Assembly (NCBI RefSeq): GCF_009914755.1
Contig: NC_060926.1
Length of the DNA stretch: 64,000 nucleotides
Reading direction: 5' to 3' (one strand)
Source: the human T2T-CHM13v2.0 reference genome, Homo sapiens
This document shows, piece by piece, positions 25,966 to 40,099 of this stretch (its first letter is position 1; every line of letters starts with the position of its first letter). The notes under the pieces are model-generated. The model saw nothing but the letters and a program-made list of their open reading frames with translations. It made no database searches and was not told the DNA's origin. The position numbers were made by a program, and so were the translations under genes.

Positions 25966-26419
25966 GGCCAAGGAGATATGTGACTCCATCCCAACAAGCC
26001 TTCAGGATCTTAGATTCTTTGAGGGAAGAGACCTTTTTTTCGTAGTTAAAATATTTACAAAACCTTTGTGAGGTCATAGCTAGCGCTTTGTGCTGAACTG
26101 GATTGTGGAGCCCTGGGCTAGCACTGTGCAGGGCATGAAAGACCAACCACTCTGTAAATGCACATAAAGAACAACCTCCTTGAGCAATCTCAAGCAAGAG
26201 AAAGAAGAGGCTTCCGAGCTCCAGCAAAACAATGGGAAAAAACATACCCTTATCTTTTCCTTCTCATTTTCAAAGGTGTGTTAGAGGGAAAGGAATATAT
26301 TCTGGTTCTGGAGATTTTCAGTTTTCTTTTTATCTCATTAATTCCTGGCTGGGTGTTCCAGGACAAGGTATCCAAAAAGCCTTTTTTGAATCGCAGGTAC
26401 CGTGAATATAAGTAGAAGA

Positions 26420-28450
26420 AAGACACCGTCTCTTCCTTTAAGGAACTTACAGTCTTATGGAAGAGACACAGATGGAAGTGCACAATTACCGAATATCATC
26501 AAAAAGCCTGAGAAAAAGTTATGCAAAAGCTACTGTGTGAGCACAGAGGCTGTAAACCTAATCCTAAGTTGCAGGTGGGTGAGTATTAGACATCACTCAA
26601 GGAAGGCTTCCTGGAAGAGGTGACACAGAGTTGAATTAGTTGGACTTAACCTTTGAAGAAATGAAGGCAGGCTTTGCTGGGAGGCATTGGAGTATTAGGT
26701 ATAAAGGTTTAGAAGCAGGAGAGCATTTGGGACCTCACAAAACTGCAAGTTGTTCAGTATGGATGGAGTTTAGGGGACTTCTTGGAAAGTAGTAAAAATT
26801 GAGGCTGGAGCTGGGTGTGGTGATGCCTGAAATCCCAGCTATTCAGGAGGCTGAGGCATGAGGATCACTTGAGCCCAGCAGTCAGAGGCTTCAGTGATCT
26901 ATGATTGCACCACTGCACTCCAGCCTGGGTGACAGAGTGAGACCCTGTCTCTACAAATAAAAAATAAAAAGATGAGACTGGCAAGGTAGGCAGGAATAAA
27001 ATGATCATCAGAGTTCTTGGATGTTGTTCCAGGGATTTTGGACTTTACCTTAAAGGAATCAAGGGATAATCCAATCAGATTGTGCTTTAGAAGTAGAGAA
27101 GGATTGGAGGGGTGTTAGGCGACAAGAAGACCAAATAGTATGTAGGTGAAGGGAGAGGGGGTCTAAAATACAGTGAAGTCAGAGGAAGAGGAGATAATGA
27201 ATTTGAGATCCTAAAGATGCAGAATCATCAAGACAGGGTGATGGCACTGGTTGTGGAGGGGGAAACAGAGGAAGAAGGGAAGCTTGACTTAGATTTCTGA
27301 CTTTAGTGACTGGGTAGATGGTGGGGTGACTCGCCAGTCTACAAAATATTGGGAAAGTGATACGTTTGAGTTTAGTTTTGGAATTATTAATTATAGGAGT
27401 TTGTAGGAATCTGAGCAGAGATGAGCAGTGTTTCAGGGTGTCCAGATCTGGAGCTCAGGTGAATGTGGAGGAGACCACCAGGGGAGAGTATGCGGACCCA
27501 GAGGAGAAATAGGGTGAAGGGTGAGTGCCTGTGACATCTGCAGTTAGAGGGGAGAGGACACTGTAAGAGAGGAGGAGAAATGAGTGGTATGATAATCAAG
27601 GTTCCCGGGGTTACAGGCCACGGGAGCCAACACAAGCTAGCTCAAGCAAAAACACACTTTTTAGAATTTAGGTTATCAAAGGCACTCAAGGTTCTGGAAC
27701 TAGGACCCAAAAAGTCTCCAGGAGCACAGCAGGCACTCTGTCACACTAAGGTCCTCATATTGCAGCAAGGCTGTTCCCTTTTTCTGTCTAAAAACCATCT
27801 TCCTCCATTGCTCTGTGTGGGCGACATACCCACAGCTCCTGAGTTGAAGCCTCCTCAGATAATGAGATCTCCCATCCAATTGACTGCCTTTCGACCTCAA
27901 CTCCAGTTTTCTGGGAGACTTAGTCTAGCGTTTCATCTTGGAAAGGTGCCCATGGTGTCATGCAATACAAATGTGGCTAATGAGGGCCCACCCTGGCTGT
28001 AGTCAGCCCTTAGAGAAAGAAGGATGTAGTTAGAATCGTATCTACCATGGGCAGCTGAAATGATAGGAAGACAGTGGCAGGAAGAGGGGTCAAAAAAGCC
28101 AGACAAAGGGAGAGATTCAAAGAGGAGGGAGGAAGTGGTCCACTGTGCTAGATGCCGCTGACCCAACAGAAGGATTGAATTCAGGAAGAAAAGGACTGTG
28201 AGTCCATGACTTTGAGTAGCTAAGTTTGTGAAAAGAAGTGGGAAATTGTTGGTTTTCATTTAGACGGGTAAGGCATAAGTATGCTTCTCTGTGGGGGAAG
28301 AGGAGGAACAGGCATTAAAGTGGGAGGGTAGACAATACAGCTGAAGGAGGGCATAACTGATGGTTGAGATTCCCGAGAAATCAAGAGGGAACAGAGGTGG
28401 AGCGATTAGCAGCAGACGGGAACGGGCCACGGCTCTCACCAAGGCTGGCA
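26420..28450 (-). mobile_element. LINE-2 fragments, interrupted by a FRAM and a probable old LTR piece (~27590-27980)
   Basis: aaggaacttacagtct, aggaaggcttcctggaagaggtgac, tttggactttacct, gtggtccactgtgctagatgccgctga. Confidence 0.65.
26809..26970 (+). mobile_element. FRAM / Alu right monomer
   Basis: Single right arm (ggatcacttgagccc...ccagcctgggtgacagagtgagaccctgtctc); degenerate TSD aaaaa..tgaggctgg / tgagactgg. Confidence 0.85.
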
Positions 28451-28743
28451 GGAAAGTGGGGTGCAGATGTAGATAATTTGGAGGGTGAGCTGCTAAGAAA
28501 TTAAGTCCAGATTCTGGTGACAGGAATTATTTACTCTTTATAAAACCCTAAGTTCTTCTTTTGCTCCTTAAATGTACTGAATAAATGCTGAGAAGAGCAA
28601 TTTAAAGGTCTTTGACAACTGAAGAATCTGGTATTACATATGCCAGGGGATTGACACAGAGAGCTTATGCCAGGCCAGGACTCCTTATAGGAGCCCCAAG
28701 TTGGGCCCAGTGTCCCTGTCTGAAGTAAATGCTCCTGTGTTCC

Positions 28744-29118
28744 TGCTGTGGTCTGTGTTCCTCCAGAATCCATATGTTGGAACTTAATTTCCAGTGTGAT
28801 AGTATTAAGAGGTGGAGCCTTTAGGAGGTGATTTACTCATGAGGGTGGAGCCCTCATGAGTGGGATTAATGACCTTATATAAGAGGCGTGAGGGTGCTGT
28901 TCATCCCTGTTTCCCTCCCATCTCTTTTACCTTGTGAGGGTGAGCAACAAGGCACTATTTTGGAAGCAGAGAACAGCCCTCACCAGACACGGAATCTGCT
29001 GGTGCCCTGATCTTGGAATTCCCACCGTCTAGAACTGTGAGTAGTACACTTCTCTTGCTTATAAATAAATTACCCGGTCTGTGGTATATTGTTATAGCAG
29101 AACAAACAGACTCGGACA
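28744..29118 (+). mobile_element. MLT1A/MSTD-like MaLR LTR
   Basis: tgctgtggt start, gtattaagaggtggagcctttagg, ccctcaccagacac, ggaca end; TSD gttcc/attcc. Confidence 0.88.
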
Positions 29119-29177
29119 ATTCCTAAGTAAGTTCAAGAACATCCCATGAGAAGCAAACATAAAAATATGAATGTGTC

Positions 29178-29388
29178 ACTCCAGCCTGGGCAACAGTGAG
29201 ACCCTGTCCCTACAAAAAATAAAAAAATGTTAGCTGGGCATGGTGGTGTGCACCTGTAGTCCCTGCTACTCAGGAGGGTGAAGCAGGATAATTGCTTGAG
29301 CCTAGGACTTCGAAGTTACGTAAGTGAGCTATGATTGCTCCACTGTACTCCTGCCTAGACAACAGAGTAAGACCCTGTCTCTTAAAAA
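29178..29388 (+). mobile_element. 5'-truncated AluJ
   Basis: End of left arm, linker and right arm; degenerate TSD aaaaata(a)tgaaYgt. Confidence 0.85.
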
Positions 29389-29491
29389 TAATGAACGTAG
29401 CTAATGACAACTGTACAAGAATTAGAAAGCTTTGAGGTTGTCTTTCTCCTGTCTTCTTGCTATGGCTTTCCTCTCCTCACTGAGGCTGACT

Positions 29492-29593
29492 CTTTTTATA
29501 AGTGAGAGGATCCCACTCTGTTGCCCAGGTTGAAGAGCAGGGGGCGAGACCATGGCTCACTGCAGCCTTGACCTCTCAGTCTCAGGTGATTCT
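29492..29593 (-). mobile_element. AluJ/FLAM fragment
   Basis: cactctgttgcccagg...catggctcactgcagccttgacctc. Confidence 0.75.
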
Positions 29594-31089
29594 TGGTTGC
29601 ATGAACAGTATAGGGCTGGGATCCTGTGCAAGATGGCCTTGCTCCCAAGTTTGTCAGCTGTCATTGGCAAAGCACGTATCTAAGGATGTCTGGCCCAAAA
29701 TGGACTCATCCTCTCACCCACCACTCCATTTACCAGAAGACCTGGAAGGTTTTCTTCCATGCATCTTTAGCAAGGCTAAGTGAGAATTACTAGCATGGGA
29801 TTCAAGAGAAACTTAGGTTTAGTAAAAAAGAGAAAGTGGACGTATATATCATTAAATATTCTAAAGCAGTATTTTTTCCTCTAAGAAATCTTCTGGTTTA
29901 GTTTACCAAAAAGAGGATGGGATGATGGTGATGTTACCCAAGTTAATTTATGTTTCAAATGGAAGAAGCAAGCAGGTTTTTTGTGTGTGTGTATTTAGGA
30001 AGCAGAAACCATGATTTGTGGGAATTCTTTCATGGTAATAGTCACCAGCATTTTTTGAGTGCCTCACACGTGCCTGGAATCGTGTCGTCAGAACCCGTGC
30101 CTGGCACTTAGCAGGCGTCAGGAGGCACAGGTCTGCTGATGCACTTAACTAGTGTTTGTGCTACCAGAGGATGCAGAGGGCAGACTTTCCAGTAAGAAAT
30201 GGGATGAGCTGTGAGAGTAGCTTCGTCAAATCTGCCATACTTTGCTGGAGTGTCCATAGTACTCCTATTTAATCCTGATTTTAGGCCTAGAAATTCTCTG
30301 CTTGATCTGAGGGAGGGGTATTGGACCATCGAGGGAGCAAAAACAAGTCCTTAAGCCCTTCCACCTGCCCCTCCACAGAGGCTTCCAAAATTCCAAACCC
30401 AGGGGAGATGGCTCTTTGACCTTCAGGTGGCACAATAACTTATAGGAGAGCGGAGGCATTCCAGGGATTTGCTGCCCTGGGATATTTATTTGAATAGGTC
30501 CTTATTCTGGACAGAAAGACAAAATTAAGGACTATGGCTTGAAAATAGAGATTTGTCAGCCTTCTTCCTGGGTGAATAGAATGTTCAGTGGGTGCAGGTG
30601 AGGCTTTATCAGACTTCAAGCTGCCGCAGCACAGCCCATCCTCATTAATTCCTAATACTTGCGATACAACTCTATCAGTAAGACCTTACGCCTGATAAAG
30701 TCCCGTTCCTCTCTTAAGACTATAACCGTATACTTTGCTTATGCTATTGTACTTTTGTCACTTTGAATTCCCTGTTTGAATTTAAAGACTGGTCTCTTTG
30801 ACTAAATTTCCCTAGCAGAATATCCAGATTGGTTCAAAGCCCATGAGTAGAGGCAGTAGTTCCTCTTAAATACTGTTGTCTTAAATACTGAGGGACAATT
30901 CACAAGGACACCTTCATCTGGGGTGTTGGGTGCATTTCATTCTCACTTTTAAATTAACAAACTATTTTGGGAATTGAGACATTTGACATTAGATGACTCC
31001 AGGATTTCACTGTCTTAAAGCTGGTCTAAACTTGCAGAGCATTCAAAGAATTTGGTTTAGTTTAAAAAATTATTGATCTCTATGAGCCA

Positions 31090-31275
31090 ATGTATATAAT
31101 GGTCAAGAAAAGACAATATAAATTCATTGTAATAAAGGCTAGGATAGTAGATTCCTGTGAAGAGGGTGGGGATGGGACAGGGGCATAAGCTTTCTAGAAT
31201 GCTGGAAGTGTTTATAACTTGTTTCAGGTGTTGAGTTACACAGGAGCATACAAATGTAAAAATTCACAGAGCTTT
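31090..31275 (+). mobile_element. Old L1M (L1MC/ME) 3' UTR fragment
   Basis: aggatagtag...ttctagaatgctggaagtgtt...gttacacagg...tgtaaaaattca. Confidence 0.6.
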
Positions 31276-31399
31276 ATTTACAGCAGTGAAAAAGAATACA
31301 AAAATTTTCATCTAGGGGTTGATCCCATCATTCCCTAAGATTGCAGGCTTCATTACAGGTCCTCAGTGTAAACCTTTCTGGAGTTTTAAGATCCTTTAG

Positions 31400-32150
31400 G
31401 GAGTTACAGGATCAGATTTGTGCTTTGAGTAGCTCTCTCTGGTTGTTGCTAGAGAAAGGGTTGGAGGGGACTAAGTGAGAGCAGTGGCCATGGCTGGGAG
31501 GCTGATGCTGTGGTCAGCAAGAGAGAGCAGGCCCTTGATTAGAGGGCAGGCAAGGGGCTTTGTGGGGTGCAGGAGAAGGTGTTGAGGGTGACTCCCAGGA
31601 GTCCTATAGGAGCAGTTGTGTGGAGGGAAGGGCCAGTGCCTGGAGATCAAGAATTCAGCTGCAGGCAAGTTTAGTTTCTAATGCCAGTGAGCCACCGTTG
31701 AAGATGACAAGTAGGTAATTAAGTAGATGAGTCTGGAGTCAGAAAATCAGTCTGAGCTGAAGTTATAAATTTGGGAGTTGCTGGCATGGTATTTAAAGCA
31801 ATGAGAATGCATGAAATCACTTTGGGAGAGAGCATAGAGTAGGAAGGAAAGGGGTTCCAGGACTGTGTCCTGAGAAATTGCCACATTTAGAGGTCAGGTA
31901 GGGGAGGAGTCAGAATAGGAGGCTGAAAAGGGATGAAAGGGGAGTACAAGGACAGCAAGGAGACCGAGCTGTCCTCGTGTCCAAGGGAAGAATATTACAA
32001 GAAGTGGAGAGTGGTGAACTGTGGTGAGTGTTGTTGAGGAGTCAAGTAAGTGGAGGACTGAAATCCTCACTTGGATTTCATAGCATGGAGGCCATTGGTC
32101 ATCTCAGCAAGATTGGCTTATTTGGAGGTGTGCTGGTAGAAGCCACACGG
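31400..32150 (-). mobile_element. LINE-2 fragment
   Basis: ataaatttgggagttgctggcatggtatttaaagc, gagtcaagtaagtggaggactga, ggccattggtcatct. Confidence 0.75.
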
Positions 32151-34934
32151 TAGTGAAACAAAGCTGTATGTGTTTTTCTTGCAGGTTATTTGTTGCTTTA
32201 GTCATGTATTCAAAATATCAATCCTTCATGTAACATTTAATTGTATAAGCTTAATTCTATTATGTAATGTAAAGAGATTAATTGGAATCTAGTTTCTTTA
32301 GCTATTTTAGTGAAAGACATTGAAGATAGAAAGTTGCTGTGGGAAACTATTTTTGTGGCTTTATATTTACTCAGTTGGATTTTTAAAGAGGTCATTTTAT
32401 GGTCCATTCCTGCCCCCATGCAGGAATGAACTGCATGATAATTGATTCATATTGCTTTAAAGGGCAAAGTATTGAGGGAACTTCTTGGGAAATTTAGATT
32501 TTGTCTAGCTGATCCTGAGGCTAAGTATCCTTGGAGGCTAAATGGCCAGCATCTTTTCTTAAACTTATGGAAATCTCAATAATGGAAAGAAACCAGGGCA
32601 GGGAAGGCTCACATCACTTTATTTCAGAAGTCAAGCATATGGTTTTGTTGACTAAAATACATAGACTGAGAAAAAAGAAAAACAAAGGAAAAAAGTCTCA
32701 ATTATGTTCAGGTCTGGAGTTTAGGAAGTGTTTTGTGAATACGATGCATCTTATGGCTTTGTATTTGATGTCAACTCAATGTTTAGTTGAGGTTGAAAAG
32801 TAGAGTAGATGTGTGACTTTCCTACTTCCTGTGACACAGTGACATCTAGCCCTGGATCCTGGTGCTCCATGATATTGGGAATGAAGGCAACAATTTGAGT
32901 ATTATCTAGATAGAGCCCAGCAAGTAGTAGGTGCCCGAGTGATATTGTGTTGAATAAAGTTACACTGAAGGGAAGTCTGTCCCTGACAATCTCCCTTCTC
33001 TTGTTTGCTGAGTCTTAGGCTCTTAAGAGAAATGATCTATATTAATTTTCTCCTTATTCTTGCATTTAGGAGGTTCTCCTGAGAATCGGAAAGTCCAGTC
33101 TATAGTAAGTTTCCCTCTGCTGGTGTCAACAGGGAGGGTTAACATCCTGCTTCACAGGAAGGTAGCACATGTTAGGCTTTTACTATACATGGTTAATATT
33201 TTCAGGATGAAATTTGATTTTACAGCATAGTCATATTTATGCAATATGATATTATAATACAATTATGAGGAAAAATAGTGGTTTTGTTTTGTTTTGCATG
33301 CAAGGAAATGTGCTGGGATGACCAGGAAAGAAAGCAGTGAAGGAAACAACTTCACTCCCACTATTTGTGGAGCTTGTTTGGTTCTGGCAGGAAGTCAGGG
33401 TTTCAGAGGAGATGGGATGTTCAGTTTGGTCCAGGTGATCTTCAGTCTTCAAGGATCTAGAGAGACTTGGGGGTTGTCCATGATTCATCAGAAGAGCTGT
33501 TTCACAGACCTCAGGGTTTGTTAAGGGTTAGAATCACAGTGCCTTCGTAAATTTTTCTTAGATGGAGGTGAAGGTATGAGTAGATTTATTCTGAAGGTAG
33601 ACAAACCAGGATTTACCTTGATTTCTTGAGTATTTTTCATCAGCGTAAATGAACCCAATAAGTAAGTGCCCGTGGGTGGCACTGTGATTTTTGATATACA
33701 GTTGGTATCAAACTAATTGTAATGGGTCTTGGCGAGATGAAGTCATGGACTGTGGGAGGTAGGTGGGGTGTGAGTGGGGAACACTTGAGTGAGAGGTTTC
33801 TTTTCCTCTGAAGGAATGATGATGATGATAATCATGCCTACTGTTTATTGAATGGGCACTGATGTGGTCCTGCCCTCTGTATTGGCATGACGAAAATAAA
33901 GCTCAGCAAGTTCTTATGTGTTCTTTGACCCTGAAATCCCAGTGGTCTAAAAATAGATTTAGAAAATACCTTTCCTAAAGAGAATCAGAAAAATGTTTGG
34001 GGTTCTCCCAACATTTTCTCTTTGTATATTCTTGTTTCTCTGTTTATTCTACCATGCTTTTTTGTGGGCCCATTGCTATAACTGTTACCATGACATTTGA
34101 AATTCCCAAGTGCTATAAAGAGACAGTGTTGTTATTATTGCTGTTTGTTATTTTTTATTATTGCTGTGATTGCAGGGAGGCAAGGAACTGGGTTTGACAG
34201 GTGGAAGGGGGAATTCCAACAAGAGTACGTCTGGGATGATGGGAAGCTGAGGACTGGGATACTGAGAGAGTTAGACAGGATGTGACTAACGAGAACAATG
34301 CCATCAATATGCAAAGCATACAGAATTGCGAATCTGATTCCAAAAATGCTACCACTGCAAAATTACAATAGCAGCGTTTTCTTAGTGCATAAGCCAAGTG
34401 TTATTTTAGCCTGAGAGAAGGCAGCTGAACTGGAGATAGTGAACGCACCTAAACAAATGTGGCCTGGGATGAAGCTGCAAAAACACAAAAGGGCTGCATG
34501 CTGGCATGGAAACCGCCTCAGAGCTGAAACAACAGAAGCTGAAGTTGAGCAGTGTCAGCCCGGGATGTGTGGTTTGCCCTGGGTCTGTTTTGGAGGCCTT
34601 GGGAAAACAGCCCTACAGATAAATTCTCCAGATTTGCGGTCTAAAACTGGTACAAAAGAAACAGCTCTGTCTAACTTGGCAAGATTGAAGAGCTTTCTGG
34701 TGGTTAACTTGCACTGTGCATATCTATTTGTATGCCCTGCATTTCATCTGAATACTATTAAAATAAATGGAATTAGAAGTCCCTCACCCACGCCATTCTG
34801 AGCCCAGAACATTTTTTTTTTCCATTGCCTTCTTAACTCTGCTCAGTAGGGGGGTCTTCCTAGTTTGGAAAAACCACTGCTTGGATGTTCTAGAGGAGGG
34901 GATAAAGAACAAGGTCAGATAAACCTAATCTCCT

Positions 34935-35010
34935 AATCTCCCATCTGTAAAATACTACTAATAATAACTACTTCATAGGGTTGTTGTGAGAATTAAATGC
35001 AATTAATAAT
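34935..35010 (+). mobile_element. MIR core fragment
   Basis: catctgtaaaat...ctacttcatagggttgttgtgagaattaaatg. Confidence 0.7.
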
Positions 35011-35917
35011 ATTGCAATTTAATATAAAATTCATTATCATTAGATGCCATACATGTGTAGAAGATCTAATAAAAATATATTACTGGGTACTCATTGTGTC
35101 TTACCCACTGTTTCACTGTCTTTATATACAATTTCTTATCTGGGATAAGCAACTTAATCCAGGGACGCATGTAAAGCTTATAAAGTGTAGAAAGATTTGA
35201 AATCCTCAGAACTGCTGGTAAAGCTCACATGTAACCATTGCTACTGTTCCCTAATTTGGAATCTGGCATTTTGTAGGTGCAGTACTGACTAAATTCATTT
35301 AATTAAATATGGAGCAATCCAAAGCTCCCATGTTCTTTTCTCCTGGTTTTATATAAACTGTCTACAGTGCAGTCACCAAACCTTTGCATCTCCTTTGTCA
35401 CTGGGATCAGGAGATAGCATAAAATCAGACTTCTGCTGTATATGGTTATACATATATGAGCCATCTCACTATAGGGCTCCACTGTCTTAACCAGGGTCTG
35501 GACTATTGCTGCTAAGAAAACTGATGACCCCTGGTTTAGAACTTTGTCTAACAACAAATGACTTTGAATAGGCAAGTGGTTTTTTGTGGTGAAGTAGATG
35601 ACTCTTTTCTTTCTTTTTTCCTTTTTTTTTTTTCTTGGAAACATGCGGAGTGATGTTGTCTGTCAGGTCTGCTGGCAGGTTCTGTTGCAAGGAGACTATG
35701 CAGGAATCTGCCTGCTTGGCTTAATCACTGGAAAAAAAAAAACACAACTGCCAAGCAAGTCCCAGGTTGAAGTGGGCACCGCACACAGGAGCTGCTTTAT
35801 CAGACTTAAAGGGATGCTGCGAGAGGCAGGAGCACTTCTCCCAGATGTAGGCTCTAACCTTGAAGGAACAGTGGCTCTCACAGGCCCGGTAATAATGTGA
35901 GCATAAAAAAGCAAAGT

Positions 35918-36372
<455 letters not shown>

Positions 36373-36539
36373 TCAGGCCCTGGGGATCCAGTAATGAGAC
36401 ATAGTTCCTATCTATATATTGTCTCTTCCTTTTTCTATGCACCCCCTAAAGCTGGAGATGCTGTTTTACCTATTCTTCAAAAGACTTTCCTAGCTATGTG
36501 TAACTCATAGTAATAATCAAGGGAGTATCTATGATTAAT

Positions 36540-36836
36540 AATATATATATTTTGAGACAGGGTTTCACTCTGTCACCCAGGCTGGAATGTAGTAGCACAA
36601 TCACAGCTCCTTGCAGCCTCAACCTTCCCTGGCTTAGGTGATCCTCCCACCTCAGCCTCCTGAGTAGCTAGGATTACAGGTGCCTGCCACCACGCCCAGC
36701 TAATTTTTGTATTTTTTATAGAGACAGAATTTCGCCATGTTGCCCAGGCTGGTTTCGAACTCCTTGGCTCAAGCTGTCCACCTGCCCTGGCCTCCCAAAG
36801 TGCTAGGATTACAGGCATGAGACATTGGGCTTGGCC
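36540..36836 (-). mobile_element. AluJ full-length Alu
   Basis: J-type gcagcctcaaccttccctggcttaggtgatcctcccacc; (AT)n tail. Confidence 0.92.
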
Positions 36837-38165
36837 CGATTAAACTTTTTAAGAGGACTTGTCCCATCATTTCATGTTAATTCTCCTGTTTTTAAGTAGT
36901 CAGTTTAGTAGCAATATTTTAACTTATTCTAATACTCATTAATTTATTAACAAATATTTTTGGATGTCTCTTATCTGTAAGGTGCTATGTGGTTCATGTT
37001 TTTGATGAGTGATTATTTTCGTTTGTACAGATCGTTTAAATGAGAGTTTGCAGAAGATGAAAGGGGAGTCTTGCATTCAGCAATTTGCCCTGTATTTAAT
37101 GAGCCAGCCACCTTGTGTCTTCCCCTCCTATGACATAGCCCTTCAGCTCACCCTACAATTGCCACATGAAAACTTCTCTCATGAAACCCACAGGGTCAGT
37201 ATCTCTCAAATACTCTTTTTCCTCCACTTCTGGGGCATGATCTTGCAATGTACTCCTTACTGCCCCATCCTGGAAACTTGTGCCTATATCCTTGTTTTCT
37301 ATACAGTGTTTAGCCAAGGTCCTTGACCGGAATATAGATCACAAAAAGTACTGGTTGTCAAATGTCAAAGTAACTGACATTTAACAGAGAGATTATATTT
37401 GAGGATGCCAAGAATTAGCAAACATTTTTTTCTGATCATCTCAGGCTATTTGAAGAAGTTATGAATTCACCGAATTGACTGAAACCTGCCCTCTGAATAA
37501 TTCTTCAGCACTATATAAACCAAAGTTTGTGTTGGTTCAAGCAGGCAGGAGGGCTGTGCATCTGTGGTATGGGAGCCCCCTCAACTAGAGGCTAGAAAAA
37601 AACAGCATTTATGCTGCAGCTGGTTTTGGTATCAGATGAGCAGCTTTAAATTGGGAGTTAGGAGAACTGGAAGACTTGAGTCCAAGAGGAAGGTAGTTGA
37701 AGCAGAGATGGCTCAGAAACCACTAGGATCTGTGCATCAACACCTGCCTCAGGTCTTTATGGACATAACTGCTAAACCTTTGGAAGCCTGAGGTTTACAA
37801 ACCACTTACCTTAAATGTTTACGCTTAAATTTTAAGAAAAAAATTTTAAAAGTTTACCAAAGGATGCTCAATTCCTGGAATAGAATAGACCTTCATTTTA
37901 CAATTGATATTTGGAAAAAATTCTGGGTTAGTTCCTATTAGATTCAATGAAAATCAGCAGTGGAAGAATTTATTCTCATGATCGTGATTGAACTTACCTT
38001 GGGTGGGTGCTTCAGTTCTGTGTCTTTGTGTCAGGAAAGGCTGTGGGCTGGAAAGAGCCCTGAGCTCAGCTGTGTCTCATGTCAGCCATGCTCCTTCAGA
38101 ACCACAGAATAAGGCAAGGACTAGACATCTGAAATCATTCACAGCTAATAGCTGTAATTCCATCA

Positions 38166-40070
38166 TTTAGTTCATTAATTCAACAAATGTTTATCAAGCA
38201 TCACCTACTAAGTGCCAGGCATCTTCCTAAGTGCTAGTTTACAGCAGTGAACAAACAGAATCCCTACCCTTGAGAAGCTTCAATCTGCAGCATGGGTGAA
38301 ACTGACAGTGAGCAAGATAAATCAGTAAACAACAGTAGATATCAGAAGGTGAGAGAGAAGTACTGTAGAGAACTCCCTCGAAACAGAGCAGAGGAACGGG
38401 AAGGATTTGCAGTTTTCGATAAGGAAAGCTTCCCTGAGAAGGTGACCTTGAATAAAAACTAGATGGAGGTAAGGAGGCAAATGCCACAGGTATCTGGGGG
38501 AATCTTCCTGACAGAGGAAAGAGCACATGCAGATGCCCTGAGGCAGGAGCTAGTTGGCAAGTGTGAGAAATAGCAAGCGGTGGAATGATCCTGAATAGGA
38601 GATAAGGTCAGAAATGGGGAGCGGGGGCAGCTCTTGATTATATAGTGTCTTGAAGGACTTTGTTATACCTCTGGATTTTACTGAGTGAGGAAGAAAGCCA
38701 CAGGGGCGTTCTAAGCAGAGCGAAGATAAGACATAACTTATCTTTTAAAAGAATCACTCTACATGACATGCTAAGAAGAGGCTATAGAGGCAAAGCAGGG
38801 AGCCCAGGTGGGAGGCTTATGCGACATTCCAGACAAGAATTGATGGAGGTGGTAAAGGGGCGATCCATTTGAAAGGTTTGCATATGGTAAGTTGTGAGTG
38901 TGGGACAAAGTGTAGAGTCAAGGATAGTCCAAGCATTTTGGCCTGAACAGCTAGAAACATGGGAGTGGCCATTAACTCAGGCAGGGTACTCTGTGACCAT
39001 AGCAGATGTTTGGAGACTGACCAGTTATTCTGTTTTGGACATTGAAAGTTTTATAAGGGCATGAGACCTCCAGGAGAAAACGTTGGGTAAACAGTTGGAT
39101 ACAGAAGTATGCAACTCAATGAAGACATCTGGGATAAAAATATATAGTTGAGAGACATGAGCATACGGATGGTATTTAAAGCCATCAGCCTGGATGAGCA
39201 CACCAAGGTATGAGTGAGAAAGAAGTTATTGAATGAAGGGTTTAAGGACTGACCTTTGGGGTACTCAATTTTGAGTCTGGGACACAGGGAAATAGCAAAG
39301 GAAGGTGAGAAAAAGCAACCATTAAAAGAGAAGGAAAGCCAACCCAGAGAAGAGTCCCAGAAGCCAACTGAAGAAGAGGATATGAAGAAGATGTGATCTG
39401 CTGGGTCAAATGCTGTAAATAAGATGACAACTGAGAACTGAGCAGTATATTGAGCACCGTGGACATCATTGGTGGCCTTGAGGAGAATTGTTTGGGTGGT
39501 GTGGTGGGGCAGATGGTTTTTGGAGGGAGTTGACAACAAAATGGAAGAAGAGGAACTGGAGACAAGTGTAAAGACTCTTGAAGAGTTTTACTGCAAAAGG
39601 AAGAGAAGAATAGTCTGGTACCTTATAGGGGAACTTCAGTCAGGAGGATTCTGTTTTGTTGTTTGGTTTGGTTTTTGCCTTTAGAGGGGTGAAACAACAG
39701 TATGAAGGTTTATTGCTGGTACTGATGTAGTAGAGAGCAAAAAGTTAAGATACGGAGGGGAGAATTGCTATTGGGTTGCTGAGTAGGGAGGAAGAGATGG
39801 GGTCTGTTGACGAGGTGGCCCTGTTTTAGGAATATAGTTCATCCTCTGTAACAGGAGGTAGGCAGAGTGTATGGGCAAGATTCTCACAGGTAGAGAGAGG
39901 TGGTGGTGAGACCATGTGCCAGTTCTTTTCTGATTGCTTCAGATTTTTTAGTGAAGTCAGAAAACAGGTCACCAACAAAGAGTGATGCTTGGGTAGAAAA
40001 TGATAGAAATTTGAAGATAGAGAAGGAAGATAGAACATTGTCATCAAAGAGAGTGAGAGCACGAGTGGAC
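38166..40070 (-). mobile_element. LINE-2, ~1.9 kb including the 3' end
   Basis: ttcattaattcaacaaatgtttatcaagca...gtgccaggca tail, then continuous L2 motifs (ttttaaaagaatcactct, tggtatttaaagccat, gtcaaatgctg). Confidence 0.85.
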
Positions 40071-40099
40071 TAATGTCTAATACTGCAGACTAAATTTTA

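Noticed and set aside
28836-28860. Hairpin ctcatgagggtggagccctcatgag
   Set aside because: Largely inherent to the MLT1A/MST consensus
30603-35807. The 14-mer gctttatcagactt at 30603 and 35794, resembling miR-21 (TAGCTTATCAGACTG)
   Set aside because: Several repeated 14-mers are expected by chance in 64 kb; the miR-21 match is partial and lacks the precursor hairpin
39051-39565. 162-aa and 107-aa minus-strand ORFs
   Set aside because: They lie inside a decayed L2; at most remnants of the L2 ORF, with no sign of an intact gene
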